Shown in pieces: positions 1 through 9,309 of a DNA stretch of 64,000 nt (the first letter of the stretch is position 1; each line of letters opens with the position of its first letter). Origin of the DNA: an uncultured Erysipelotrichaceae bacterium (GTDB lineage Bacteria > Bacillota_I > Bacilli_A > RF39 > UBA660); the NCBI GenBank assembly GCA_902764545.1, contig CACWWC010000004.1, positions 1,746-65,745 of the forward strand. Direction: 5' to 3'. Under the pieces are notes generated by a model, which did not search any database, was not told the DNA's origin, and was given only the letters and a program-made list of their open reading frames with translations. The translations under genes and the position numbers were made by a program.

Positions 1-163
1 CTTTATTTCTATCAACTTGTTTCATTCCATCTATTGTATTGTGATCAGTAATTGACATTACTGCAATATTATTTTCTATAGCTAAATTAATTAATTCATC
101 TGGAGTTAATTCTCCATCAGAATATGTTGTGTGCATATGCATATCAATAAACTTTTCTGCCAT
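1..163 (-). CDS. PHP-domain phosphoesterase, N-terminal part (gene runs off the window start)
   Basis: Reverse translation from the ATG at 161-163 reads MAEKFIDMHMHTTYSDGELTPDELINLAIENNIAVMSITDHNTIDG. This is the HxH...D metal-binding start typical of PHP domains. It is absent from the ORF track because the window edge truncates it. Confidence 0.6.
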   Translation of the reverse strand, partial: MAEKFIDMHMHTTYSDGELTPDELINLAIENNIAVMSITDHNTIDGMKQVDRNK

Positions 164-950
164 AATTTTTTCTCCTTAATACTAATTCTTTTCCTTCTTC
201 AGCCGTTTGGGTATTTTCAAAAACTTTGACTGCTTCTTCTAAATATCTATCTCTATCTTCTTCTGGCCAAAAATGTGTAAGAATTAACTGTTTTGAATTA
301 GACATTTTAGCTAGTGTTGCGGCATCAAAGGCTGTAAAATGATTCTTATTTGATCCAGATATATCATATTTTCTTAAAAATGATGACTCACATATTAGAA
401 TATCTGAATTGCTACAAAAGTCAATTAGCTTTTTAAAATTAGTTGGTCCAATATCTGATGTGTATACTATTTTTGTATCTTGATTTTTCAATTGTATCAT
501 ATAGGACTCTATGCTATGAGAGGCGTTATCCTCAAATGATATCGTTAAATTATCTATTTGATACTTGACTTTATTATTTATACTTAAATATTCTGAATAT
601 GATTCTTTATTGGATATTATTGTATTTCTAATACCATTAATGTCATTATCTGGTAAATAAATTTTTATTTTATTTTCTAGTGTACCAATATTATGATGAG
701 TCAAAGATGCATATTGAAGTGCACTAATATCACTAATATGATCAAAATGATAATGAGTTAAAAAAATATGTAAATTATTTAAATCATTTGGTATATTTAA
801 TAATCTGGTTGAACCATTTCCACAATCTAATAGCATTTTCTGGTCTTTATATTTAATTAGAAAAGCTGGACAATTTCTATCTCCTTTTGGGTATGGAGAG
901 ATAGTCCCCAAAGGTATAATAACTATATCATTTGCATCCATATTCATCAT
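144..950 (-). CDS. MBL-fold metallo-hydrolase
   Basis: 268 aa with the HxHxDH motif in 'LTHYHFDHISD'. It overlaps both neighbouring genes, which suggests an operon. Confidence 0.75.
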   Translation of the reverse strand: MMNMDANDIVIIPLGTISPYPKGDRNCPAFLIKYKDQKMLLDCGNGSTRLLNIPNDLNNLHIFLTHYHFDHISDISALQYASLTHHNIGTLENKIKIYLPDNDINGIRNTIISNKESYSEYLSINNKVKYQIDNLTISFEDNASHSIESYMIQLKNQDTKIVYTSDIGPTNFKKLIDFCSNSDILICESSFLRKYDISGSNKNHFTAFDAATLAKMSNSKQLILTHFWPEEDRDRYLEEAVKVFENTQTAEEGKELVLRRKNYGRKVY

Positions 951-1437
951 CCTTTCTATATTTTTTTTGAATCATTTTTTCTTTTACATACGGATGTACA
1001 TATTTATCAATTGGTTTATCTAACTCCATTGCAAATCTAACTAGGCTAGATGAAATATACTGGTAATCACCTTCTGCAAATAACCCTACTGTTTTTACTT
1101 CACCGTTTGAAAAGCACCTATTAACTTTTTGCAACCTATCTTCCTCAACATAATCTTTTACATCTCTAATTCCTCTAAGCATTGCTTGACATTTATTTAG
1201 AATAGCCAATTCAAATGCAGTTTTATCTCCAGAAATTACTTTTATTTTATCAGACTTTTCATATATTTTTTCAATTAGCTCTAATCTTTCTTCAAGAGAA
1301 AAGAAACCTTTTCCTTTTTCAGGATTTTGTAGTACTGCGATAACAATTTCATCAAACAAATCAGAAGCTTGCTCAATTACATTCATATGACCTTTTGTAA
1401 TTGGATCAAAACTTCCTGGGAATAATACTCTTGTCAT
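928..1437 (-). CDS. coaD: phosphopantetheine adenylyltransferase
   Basis: N-terminus 'RVLFPGSFDPITKGHMNVIEQA' (the T/HxGH nucleotidyltransferase motif) and 'ISSSLVR' near the C-terminus. Size is 169 aa. Confidence 0.9.
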   Translation of the reverse strand: MTRVLFPGSFDPITKGHMNVIEQASDLFDEIVIAVLQNPEKGKGFFSLEERLELIEKIYEKSDKIKVISGDKTAFELAILNKCQAMLRGIRDVKDYVEEDRLQKVNRCFSNGEVKTVGLFAEGDYQYISSSLVRFAMELDKPIDKYVHPYVKEKMIQKKYRKDDEYGCK

Positions 1438-1991
1438 ATTTTTTTCACCATCCTTTTAATATCTTCATTGTTTATTTCTCTAAGTACATAATCAAATTCA
1501 GCTGGATTTAGATCGATACTTGAGTTATCTCTTAAATCAAATGCCTTTTCTGATATGTTATCTCTTTGCATTGCTCTTTTTTTTCTTATCTCATATGGAA
1601 TATCTAGGAGTATTTTGATATCGCATTGATCAAAATATTTAGTTATTGGAAGCAATAACCAGTCTAGAATAATGACTTTATTTTTATTATTTTCTAAGAA
1701 ACTGTCTATTTCTATTTGCATATGTTTCCAAGTTATTTCATTTAACTTTTCCATCTTGTTTCTTGATGTAAAAACAAGTTCTCCTAACTTTTTTCGATTA
1801 ATGACATTACTTTTTACAATCTCTTCTCCAAATGATTTTTTTAACTCTTCAAATACTTCTTTTTTGGTTAATACTTTGTGCCCAACTTTATCAATATCTA
1901 GATGGACTGACTCTTTTTTTATTATTGTAGATATTTGATTTGCTAAGGTTGTTTTGCCACTACCTGATTTACCACTTATTCCAATAATCAT
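1434..1991 (-). CDS. coaE: dephospho-CoA kinase (probable)
   Basis: P-loop 'GISGKSGSGKTT', then 'DIDKVGHKVL' and 'NRKKLGELVF...LNEITWKHM', laid out like CoaE. It lies adjacent to and overlaps coaD. Start set at the ATG preceded by GGGAGG rather than the track start at 2009. Confidence 0.65.
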   Translation of the reverse strand: MIIGISGKSGSGKTTLANQISTIIKKESVHLDIDKVGHKVLTKKEVFEELKKSFGEEIVKSNVINRKKLGELVFTSRNKMEKLNEITWKHMQIEIDSFLENNKNKVIILDWLLLPITKYFDQCDIKILLDIPYEIRKKRAMQRDNISEKAFDLRDNSSIDLNPAEFDYVLREINNEDIKRMVKKI

Positions 1992-2082
1992 AATTTTTCC
2001 TCCCTTCAATTTGAATTATAATATGTTTCTTGCTATAATAAAAATACATATTTATTATGTTAATTATAACTGGAGGTTATTT

Positions 2083-2979
2083 ATGAATATTGACTTTGAA
2101 TTATATAGAATTTTTTATGTTGTTGCGAATAATGGTAACATTACAAAAGCTAGTAATGAATTGAATATTTCACAACCTGCTATCTCTAAATCAATTAAAA
2201 ATTTAGAGATGCAACTTGGTGGAAAATTATTTATAAGGACTAAATATGGTGTTAATTTAACTGAAGAAGGAAAAGAGTTTTACTCTTATATTAAGCATGC
2301 TATTGAGTATATAGATAATGCTGAAAATAAATTTAGTCAATTAATTAATCTTGAGACAGGCTGTATTAGAATCGGTGTCAGTACAACTTTAACAAAAGAG
2401 TTTTTAATTCCATATTTGGAGGAGTTTCATAAATTATATCCAAAGATAAAAATACAAATTGTTACCAATTATACTGTTGATTTATTTCATAAGTTAAGAA
2501 ATGGTTTGATTGACTTTATTATTCTTAACTTAAGTGGTGAAAGTTATGGAAATGATATTGAAATAACAAAATGTAGAATGGTTCATGATACATTTATAGT
2601 TAATAAGAATTATATTGACTTAGTTGAGGGTGAAATATCTCTAAAAGACCTTAACAATCATCCTTTGATATTACAAACTAAGGGTGCAAATACGAGAACA
2701 TTTTTAGATAATTTTACCAAAAGATTTGATGTTACCTTAAAACCTAGTATAGAACTTGCTAGTTATAATTTAGTTGTTGAATTTACTAAGATTGGCTTTG
2801 GTATTGGATATGCTACCTATGAATATATTCAAGATGATTTAAATAATCATAAATTATATGAATTAAAGATTAAAGAAAAGATACCAGGACGATATATTGG
2901 AATTGCCATTTCAAAAAATCATATTCCTAATTTTAGTACAAAAAAACTAATAGAGATTATAAAAAAAAATCAAACTTAA
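2083..2979 (+). CDS. LysR-family transcriptional regulator
   Basis: wHTH 'LYRIFYVVANNGNITKASNELNISQPAISKSIKNLEMQLGGKLFIRT'. Start set at the ATG at 2083 after GGAGG; the track's N-terminal extension from 1954 is non-coding. Confidence 0.85.
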   Translation: MNIDFELYRIFYVVANNGNITKASNELNISQPAISKSIKNLEMQLGGKLFIRTKYGVNLTEEGKEFYSYIKHAIEYIDNAENKFSQLINLETGCIRIGVSTTLTKEFLIPYLEEFHKLYPKIKIQIVTNYTVDLFHKLRNGLIDFIILNLSGESYGNDIEITKCRMVHDTFIVNKNYIDLVEGEISLKDLNNHPLILQTKGANTRTFLDNFTKRFDVTLKPSIELASYNLVVEFTKIGFGIGYATYEYIQDDLNNHKLYELKIKEKIPGRYIGIAISKNHIPNFSTKKLIEIIKKNQT

Positions 2980-2987
2980 ATGTTTGA

Positions 2988-3671
2988 TTATTTTTTTGTA
3001 TTATTATTTTTATATTCTTGAAAATTACTAATTGCTTTTTCAAATATTAATGCTAGGTGTTCTACTTCTGGATAATCTTTTTCATCTAAGCATGCTAATA
3101 CGAATTTATCTCTAACATTGAATTTTGATATTTTACCATCGTCTGTATATCTTCTATTTAGCTCTGTTGCGAATGTTTTAATATCAAATGGGAATCCATG
3201 TTCTTTTCCATAAAGATATGCAAAGCACAACATTGTCCGTGTGTTTCCATCCCTAAAGGGATGCACTTTCCATAATAAAGCCATTTTTCTAGCAAATAAT
3301 AATGATATTTCTTTTGTGTCCATATTTTGCCAAGCAATACTATTTAGTTCATTTAATTGGTCATGCAAATCTTTACTTATATTTTTATAATCTGTGTACG
3401 GAATAGAATATCTAGGTAGTACTATTTCTTCTTTGACTATTGGTACAGTTCTAAATTCCCCAGCCCAGCTGAAGATGTCTTCAAAAATATGTTTATGGAT
3501 TGCTTTTAACAAATTTTCATCAAAAGAGTTAATATCTATTGAATCAATATTAATTAATTTTACAAATCCTATGTCTGCTTCTATTTGATTTAATTTTTCA
3601 TATGACTTTTCGTTTAATTTGTTAATTAATACTCCGTTTGGATAAATGTATGGGTCTGTCAATTTAATCAA
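2988..3671 (-). CDS. Fic/Fido-domain protein (toxin-like), non-canonical active-site motif
   Basis: The Fic motif 'HPFRDGNTRTML' differs from the canonical HxFx(D/E)GNGRxxR. Its start overlaps the stop of the upstream small ORF by 8 nt. Confidence 0.85.
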   Translation of the reverse strand: MIKLTDPYIYPNGVLINKLNEKSYEKLNQIEADIGFVKLINIDSIDINSFDENLLKAIHKHIFEDIFSWAGEFRTVPIVKEEIVLPRYSIPYTDYKNISKDLHDQLNELNSIAWQNMDTKEISLLFARKMALLWKVHPFRDGNTRTMLCFAYLYGKEHGFPFDIKTFATELNRRYTDDGKISKFNVRDKFVLACLDEKDYPEVEHLALIFEKAISNFQEYKNNNTKK

Positions 3672-3867
3672 CTTCTTTCTTTTTCTTATATAAATTTATA
3701 ACTCTTTTTTGAACTTCATTTAACTCCGTAATACCTTCTATATATTCATTTACTATTTTCATTGTCTCTTCTGAGGGTTCTTTAGCATCGCTTGTTGAAA
3801 TTCCTAGTGCTTTATATACTAATTCTAATCTTTCTTCTTTAGTTGTTTCATCTATTAAGTATTTCAT
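3664..3867 (-). CDS. small VbhA-like Fic antitoxin (putative)
   Basis: 67 aa from the ATG preceded by GGAGG. Contains 'SDAKEP', matching the inhibitory (S/T)xxxE motif but with P in place of G/N, followed by 'EYIEGITELNE'. Translationally coupled to the Fic gene. Confidence 0.5.
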   Translation of the reverse strand: MKYLIDETTKEERLELVYKALGISTSDAKEPSEETMKIVNEYIEGITELNEVQKRVINLYKKKKEVD

Positions 3868-3916
3868 AAATACCTCCATTTTTCTTTATTATAACAAAAA
3901 AAGAGTAATTTGTACT

Positions 3917-4387
3917 CTAATCTTGCCCATATATTTTTTTATATGTTTTATATAAATGTTGTTGCTGTTTTATTTTACTGCGTGCTCTAAGTCTACCTTC
4001 TAGTATTCTTTCAGCATATTCATCATAATCAAATTTTTTCTCATTGATATTATGTTGTACTGGTTTTTGACAAGCAATATTCCATGCATTTATTACTGGA
4101 TTATCTGACCATGTATTTTTTCCGGCAACCTCATATACTCTAATATTAGTTGGTCTTAATGGTTTCCTTTTTAATCTTGCTTTTTCTGCCTCTTGTTTTA
4201 TTTTTATTAAAAACATTTGAAGTGCCCTATTGTTATTTAATCCATTTTCTTCAAGAAAGTGTCCATAAATATCAACTAATTTAAGTAAGTTTTGGTAATT
4301 TTTTAAACTGTTTTTTGAAATCCATCCTGCCGTTTGTTCGAAAAACTTTCTAAGCATTTTCTTTTCTTGTTCTGTTAGTTCTATCAT
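3917..4387 (-). CDS. hypothetical protein
   Basis: 156-aa ORF in the same orientation as its neighbours, with an RBS-like GGGGGAAA upstream. No motif recognised. Confidence 0.5.
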   Translation of the reverse strand: MIELTEQEKKMLRKFFEQTAGWISKNSLKNYQNLLKLVDIYGHFLEENGLNNNRALQMFLIKIKQEAEKARLKRKPLRPTNIRVYEVAGKNTWSDNPVINAWNIACQKPVQHNINEKKFDYDEYAERILEGRLRARSKIKQQQHLYKTYKKIYGQD

Positions 4388-4471
4388 AAATAATTTTCCC
4401 CCTTTTCATGTCCATTTATAAGAACTTTGCATATTATATCATATTTTTCTTAAAATGTAAAATATTTTTAT

Positions 4472-5302
4472 TTACATCATATCTTTAACTCTATAGTATA
4501 GCGCCTTAACTCTTCCAATTTGTTCTATTCTATCAATTATATAATTATCACTTGAGTCTATTAATTCATCTATATATGGAATTAATTTTAATGGATGTGT
4601 TCTATCTTTTAGCATATCTTTGTATGGTTCTAAGTTTTTTATAGTTGTTATATTATTGGCTAGTTTTTGGTAACTTCTTTTAGATACTTTTTGTATTTCT
4701 TTTAAAAATAATAATTGAAAAGTACAAATCATCATCGATATTCTGTCTGTTGATTTGCTTATTTCTATTTTATCTTTTCTGTAGTCAACGATATATCTTT
4801 TAAGAATTAAAGATGTGTATGGCGATGTAATATTATTCACTGCGTATCCATCAAAATCTGAATATTTAATTACTCCTTCTGAATTTATTAAAATATTATC
4901 AAATGTTAAGTCTTGTACAATAATGTTATGATTGTGAATATTTTTTAGTATTTCACTTGCTTTTTTAATTGCTTTAAAAATATCTTCACAACTTACTTTT
5001 TCTGTACATGTAAAATAATCAAGAAGATTAATTGAATTCTCAAACTTCTCCATTGTAAATCCTTTTAATATACCATTTTCTAAAATTATGTCTATTGGAA
5101 ATATAGTACCGTCAATAGTAATGCCCTCTATCTCTCTTATTTTCCTATATAATTTATCTAGCTCTTCTTTATCTATATTTTCAAATATCTTTACACAAAT
5201 ATCTCCAGCATCGTACACTGTACTTCTGGTTCCTTGAATAGGCATCTTTTTGAGTTTTGTTAAGTCTATATCTTTTAACTGTATTCTTTCCACTGTAATC
5301 AC
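4472..5302 (-). CDS. atypical protein-kinase-like protein
   Basis: 'CVKIF' (VAIK-like Lys), 'IIVQDLTFDNILIN' (catalytic-loop-like D..N) and 'YSDFDG' (DFG-like). Confidence 0.55.
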   Translation of the reverse strand: MITVERIQLKDIDLTKLKKMPIQGTRSTVYDAGDICVKIFENIDKEELDKLYRKIREIEGITIDGTIFPIDIILENGILKGFTMEKFENSINLLDYFTCTEKVSCEDIFKAIKKASEILKNIHNHNIIVQDLTFDNILINSEGVIKYSDFDGYAVNNITSPYTSLILKRYIVDYRKDKIEISKSTDRISMMICTFQLLFLKEIQKVSKRSYQKLANNITTIKNLEPYKDMLKDRTHPLKLIPYIDELIDSSDNYIIDRIEQIGRVKALYYRVKDMM

Positions 5303-5347
5303 CCCATTTATTTGAGGGGAGTATTATACCACATTGCCTTTTTTATT

Positions 5348-6148
5348 TCAAACTTTTGAATAGGTTCGTTGATATGATAATTGTGATTCTATTTCACTTA
5401 TTATTCTTTCTTGAATCTGTGATAAGTTTCTATGCTGTCTTAGATAGGCAATAATTATCTTCGTTTCTATTGTATATTTATTCCTAAATTGTTCATCTGA
5501 ATTTTTTAAATCAACAACATTTGATAATCTATCACACAACTTTAATTCTAAAACATCATCAGGCATATCAAGCATTTTTTTACATAAATAATTTGTCTTA
5601 CCAATTTTCTGTTTTTCTTGTGGATCGTTTGTTACACCTGATACAAGATACGCAACATATTCACCAAACTCAATTTTTATGTCTTCTATAGTTGTATCTG
5701 TATCTTCAACTGTATCGTGAAGGAAAGCAGCAGCCAATAATTCATTAAGTCTTGGATTATTTGATAGAAATTTTTCTACATTTTGGGCAACAGACTGTGG
5801 ATGAACAATATATGGATCATTATTTTTTCTTTTTTGATGAGTATGTTTTTTTGACGCATATCTAAATGCTTTTTCAACCTTATCATATGGAGTAAATATA
5901 TTATAAGCTCTTTTTTCTTCTAATTGTGATTCAAGTGGAATATCATAATTATATATTTCTTTTATTTCATAGTTCTCATTTTGAATTATTTTAAATATCA
6001 CATCTTTTATATTTTCTTTTCTTTTTACATAAATACTCTCAAAGATAAATTCATCATTATTAATGATAATAATAAGATGAGATGAGTCATATTTATTCGA
6101 CTTATTAAACATTGATTTTATCATTTCTTTATATTCATTTTTTTTCAT
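5348..6148 (-). CDS. HD-domain protein, RelA/SpoT-type (p)ppGpp-hydrolase-like, with an extra N-terminal domain
   Basis: 'YIVHPQSVAQ' and 'AAFLHDTVEDTDTT' match the SpoT hydrolase HD signature. A roughly 95-aa N-terminal extension has no recognisable function. Confidence 0.65.
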   Translation of the reverse strand: MKKNEYKEMIKSMFNKSNKYDSSHLIIIINNDEFIFESIYVKRKENIKDVIFKIIQNENYEIKEIYNYDIPLESQLEEKRAYNIFTPYDKVEKAFRYASKKHTHQKRKNNDPYIVHPQSVAQNVEKFLSNNPRLNELLAAAFLHDTVEDTDTTIEDIKIEFGEYVAYLVSGVTNDPQEKQKIGKTNYLCKKMLDMPDDVLELKLCDRLSNVVDLKNSDEQFRNKYTIETKIIIAYLRQHRNLSQIQERIISEIESQLSYQRTYSKV

Positions 6149-6255
6149 ATGTTACCTCCATAAATAATATATCCAATCTTTTCTATAACGTAAAATATAT
6201 TTTATGTATGTATGCAATAACTTTTAGTTATGTTATAATTTTAATGGTGAATTAT

Positions 6256-7158
6256 ATGATTGATTTGGAATTATATAAAATATTCTATTACGTTGCATTA
6301 TGTGGAAACATTACTAAAGCAAGTGTAAAGTTAAATATATCCCAGCCTGCCGTTACAAAGCATATAAAAAATTTGGAGAGTTCTTTGGGAGTTATTTTGT
6401 TTGTTCGAACAAGAAAAGGAGTTGTATTAACTCCAATTGGTAAAAAGATTTTTATGAATATCAAGAATTCTTTAGCAATAATTAAAAATGTTGAAGATGA
6501 TGTTATACAATTTAAAAATAATAATTGTGGAACTATTAGAATTGGAGTCAGTACTTCATTAGTAAAATTATATTTAATTGATTTCATAAACGTATTTCAT
6601 AATAAATATCCAAATGTTAGTTTTGATATTTCTACTGATACTACAAAGAAAAACATAGAGGCATTAGAGAACGGATTATTAGATATTGTCATTTCAAAAA
6701 AACCTCATTTATTAGATAAGGATTTGTCATATAAGAAGATATTAGAGTCTTCATATGAATTTGTTGTGAATAAGCAATACTATGATAAGATTACTCAGCC
6801 TATTAAACTTTCTGATATTGTTAAATATCCACTGCTCTTTCAGAAAAAAGATAATAGTACTTATAAAAGCTTAATGAATTTTTTAAGTGATAATAAGCTT
6901 TATACATCCTCAAATATTAATATTGGTAGTTCATCATTACTTTTGGACTTTGTAAAAATTGGATATGGTATAGGGTATACTACTAAATTATATGCTTTTA
7001 AATATTTAGAGGATAAAGAATTATTTGTTGTTAAAACTATTCCAAAAACGCCTAAAGTTGAATTTGGTATTATTACACTCAAAAATAATATAATTACTAA
7101 TATTTGTTTAGAATTTATTAACCTTATTGAGAAAAGTAGTGATATAATAGAAAACTAA
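6256..7158 (+). CDS. LysR-family transcriptional regulator (paralogue of 2083..2979)
   Basis: wHTH 'LYKIFYYVALCGNITKASVKLNISQPAVTKHIKNLESSLG'. It aligns by eye with the other LysR along its whole length (for example 'IRIGVST'). The track's N-terminal extension is rejected. Confidence 0.85.
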   Translation: MIDLELYKIFYYVALCGNITKASVKLNISQPAVTKHIKNLESSLGVILFVRTRKGVVLTPIGKKIFMNIKNSLAIIKNVEDDVIQFKNNNCGTIRIGVSTSLVKLYLIDFINVFHNKYPNVSFDISTDTTKKNIEALENGLLDIVISKKPHLLDKDLSYKKILESSYEFVVNKQYYDKITQPIKLSDIVKYPLLFQKKDNSTYKSLMNFLSDNKLYTSSNINIGSSSLLLDFVKIGYGIGYTTKLYAFKYLEDKELFVVKTIPKTPKVEFGIITLKNNIITNICLEFINLIEKSSDIIEN

Positions 7159-7171
7159 TTGGAGATATGTT

Positions 7172-8116
7172 ATGAAAAAATTTGGTGAAGATAGAGATGT
7201 TTTAATTCAAAAAAATGTCAGATTAATTCAAAGAGGACATTTCTATGATAATCTCGATTGCAAAAATGATAAAGATATAATTGGTATAGATGATGTTGTT
7301 AATTTTTACTATATGGGTTCTAGTGAATTTGAAAACGGTAATCTTTATCGTTCTATCAGAAGAATGACAATAAATAAAGATTTTTATAAGTTATATATTT
7401 TTAATCAATATAAAGACAGTGATGGAAATTCACTAAAAGTTTATGCTCCTTCAGTATTTTTTGATAATATAAAAAAGATAGTTAATAGACTTGCTGTTGA
7501 TGGCAGTGGCTTACAAGAATATTGTACATTATGTAATCATATTGATGGGAATTGTAATCTAGATGATTGCAATGATCAGACGGATTTTTGGTGGGATATT
7601 GAAAATGACTTTTTTATGTTTTTTGAAAATACGGATAAAGTAATGAGTGCCATGGATGCTTTAAGGAAAAGAAATTTTGGATATGAAAATTGTCTTGCTA
7701 AAAGTGCTTTGAGCAGTTTTTATGTGTTGGTTATAAAGCGAAAAAATGATGGTGGACTAGTAAATTTTAATACAGCAATTAAAGATTATTATTTTGATGG
7801 TGAGACTGAAACTCATTTTATAGAATTTTTAGAAAATTCCTCTTTACGGGATATTTTTATGGAGGCTATGGTAATAAGTAAGGTTGATGGTGGCTCTGTA
7901 ATCTTTAATATTAATGGGATACAATATAACATTACGGCTGATGATTTTCTAGATTCAGTAATTTCTGAGAGTGGTGTTAATTTGGATGATAGTTGTATAT
8001 ATTCAGAAAATATTAAGAAATTAATAGATAATTATAATAATCAAACAGAACTACACAATAAGCGCAGAGTGCTTGTTTATATTTTGAATCAAGTAAAAAA
8101 TAAAAAGAAAAGTTAA
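7172..8116 (+). CDS. hypothetical protein
   Basis: 314-aa ORF with GGAG 8 nt upstream, lying directly after the LysR gene. No motif recognised. Confidence 0.55.
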   Translation: MKKFGEDRDVLIQKNVRLIQRGHFYDNLDCKNDKDIIGIDDVVNFYYMGSSEFENGNLYRSIRRMTINKDFYKLYIFNQYKDSDGNSLKVYAPSVFFDNIKKIVNRLAVDGSGLQEYCTLCNHIDGNCNLDDCNDQTDFWWDIENDFFMFFENTDKVMSAMDALRKRNFGYENCLAKSALSSFYVLVIKRKNDGGLVNFNTAIKDYYFDGETETHFIEFLENSSLRDIFMEAMVISKVDGGSVIFNINGIQYNITADDFLDSVISESGVNLDDSCIYSENIKKLIDNYNNQTELHNKRRVLVYILNQVKNKKKS

Positions 8117-8124
8117 TTTTCTTT

Positions 8125-8526
8125 TTATTGTTCTTCATCTTCTTCTTTTAATCCTTCGCGAATTCCTTTAGTTACTTCTTTTGCAATTGTTCCAGCTGAT
8201 TTTGCTGCGGTTGGAGTCATCTTTTCAACACCTTCTTGTGCTAGTGGCATAGTTTGCTGTAATGTGAACGCAAACATTTCTCTTCTAAAGGCAGTTGTAA
8301 ATGTAATCAATGGTATCATTATTCCAAATACAAATGCTCCTGCAAAAGTTAACATACGTTTACTGCTCATTTCAAACCAGTTATCCGCACCCATATCTGG
8401 TACTTTCATCATTACACCAAGGATTATCAAAGCAACTGCAAGAACGAGTGATAGGCAACCGATTACTATTAGTACTGTTTTTACTTTTTTATAACTGTCC
8501 TCATTCATATATTCTTTTTCTTTCAT
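8125..8526 (-). CDS. small membrane protein (2 TM)
   Basis: Two hydrophobic segments ('VLIVIGCLSLVLAVALIILGVMM' and 'AGAFVFGIMIPLITFTTAF') and an acidic C-terminal tail. Confidence 0.55.
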   Translation of the reverse strand: MKEKEYMNEDSYKKVKTVLIVIGCLSLVLAVALIILGVMMKVPDMGADNWFEMSSKRMLTFAGAFVFGIMIPLITFTTAFRREMFAFTLQQTMPLAQEGVEKMTPTAAKSAGTIAKEVTKGIREGLKEEDEEQ

Positions 8527-8614
8527 TAAAACATCTCCTTTATTTTCTTAATAATAACACATAAAATATTTTTTAGTAAATAATTATGTGATTATTCTGC
8601 ACTTTACATGACAA

Positions 8615-9304
8615 CTATATCTTGGTAAGTATTTTTAATATAAATTCTGCTGCTGTTTTTGAGCTTTTTTCTAAAAAGTCCTCATATGTTATCTTATTGT
8701 TTGAATTTTTTCTTGGTGAGTCGGAAATGGATCTAATTACTAAGAAAGGAATATTTGATAGATAACATGTTTGAGCGATTGATGCACCTTCCATTTCTAC
8801 ACATAGCGCATTAAATTTATTATTAATTTTCTTTCCCATTAACTCCTCAGTTACAAATATATCTCCTGATGCTACTGTGCCAATATGTTTTTTAGAGTCG
8901 ATTTCTACTTCTTTTGCAATTCTTAATAAATATTCATCACACTGAATATAATCACCAACTTTTGGGATGAAACCTCTCTCATAATTAAATGGTCTTAAGT
9001 CAAAGTCATGCTGAATCAGCTTATCTGCAATAACTACATCACAGATATCAACGGCTTCACTTACACCGCCGGCAACACCTACATTGAATATACAATCATT
9101 TTTCATATTATCTATTAATATTTGTGTGCACCTTGCCGCATTAACCTTCCCTATTCCAGATTCAACTAATGTAACCTTTTTATTATTGTATTCACATTCA
9201 TAAAATGTTAAATCAAATATTTTGTATTCATTAATTTGATTCATTCTCTTTAGAACTTCTGTTAATTCTTCTTTCATAGCAAAAATTATTCCAATACTAT
9301 CCAT
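8615..9304 (-). CDS. mtnN: 5'-methylthioadenosine/S-adenosylhomocysteine nucleosidase
   Basis: 'IGIIFAMKEE', 'ESGIGKVNAA', 'VEMEGASIAQ' and 'IRSISD' are typical Pfs/MtnN blocks. Start set at the ATG after GAGGTG. Confidence 0.85.
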   Translation of the reverse strand: MDSIGIIFAMKEELTEVLKRMNQINEYKIFDLTFYECEYNNKKVTLVESGIGKVNAARCTQILIDNMKNDCIFNVGVAGGVSEAVDICDVVIADKLIQHDFDLRPFNYERGFIPKVGDYIQCDEYLLRIAKEVEIDSKKHIGTVASGDIFVTEELMGKKINNKFNALCVEMEGASIAQTCYLSNIPFLVIRSISDSPRKNSNNKITYEDFLEKSSKTAAEFILKILTKI

Positions 9305-9309
9305 ACTAA

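Noticed and set aside
1672-1938. Antisense or shadow ORFs in the track: 1672..1938, 3394..3588, 6288..6587, 6900..7082, 8264..8564, 11529..11870, 13080..13403, 13517..13726, 13816..13998, 19280..19504, 20939..21292, 21566..21790, 23332..23514, 26864..27190, 27554..27832, 31235..31537, 32102..32293, 32365..32568, 34974..35258, 37067..37258, 38466..38675, 38852..39049, 40235..40435, 40644..40979, 41393..41650, 41984..42334, 45681..45872, 46918..47109, 47566..47823, 48785..49021, 49253..49459, 50548..50745, 51220..51408, 51856..52047, 52415..52609, 53042..53371, 53828..54199, 56517..56744, 57251..57439, 58884..59066, 59117..59329, 61372..61563 and 63539..63778.
   Set aside because: Each lies inside or opposite a longer ORF with recognisable motifs. 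They have low-complexity F/L/I/S-rich translations typical of off-frame or antisense reading of AT-rich genes, and no SD.
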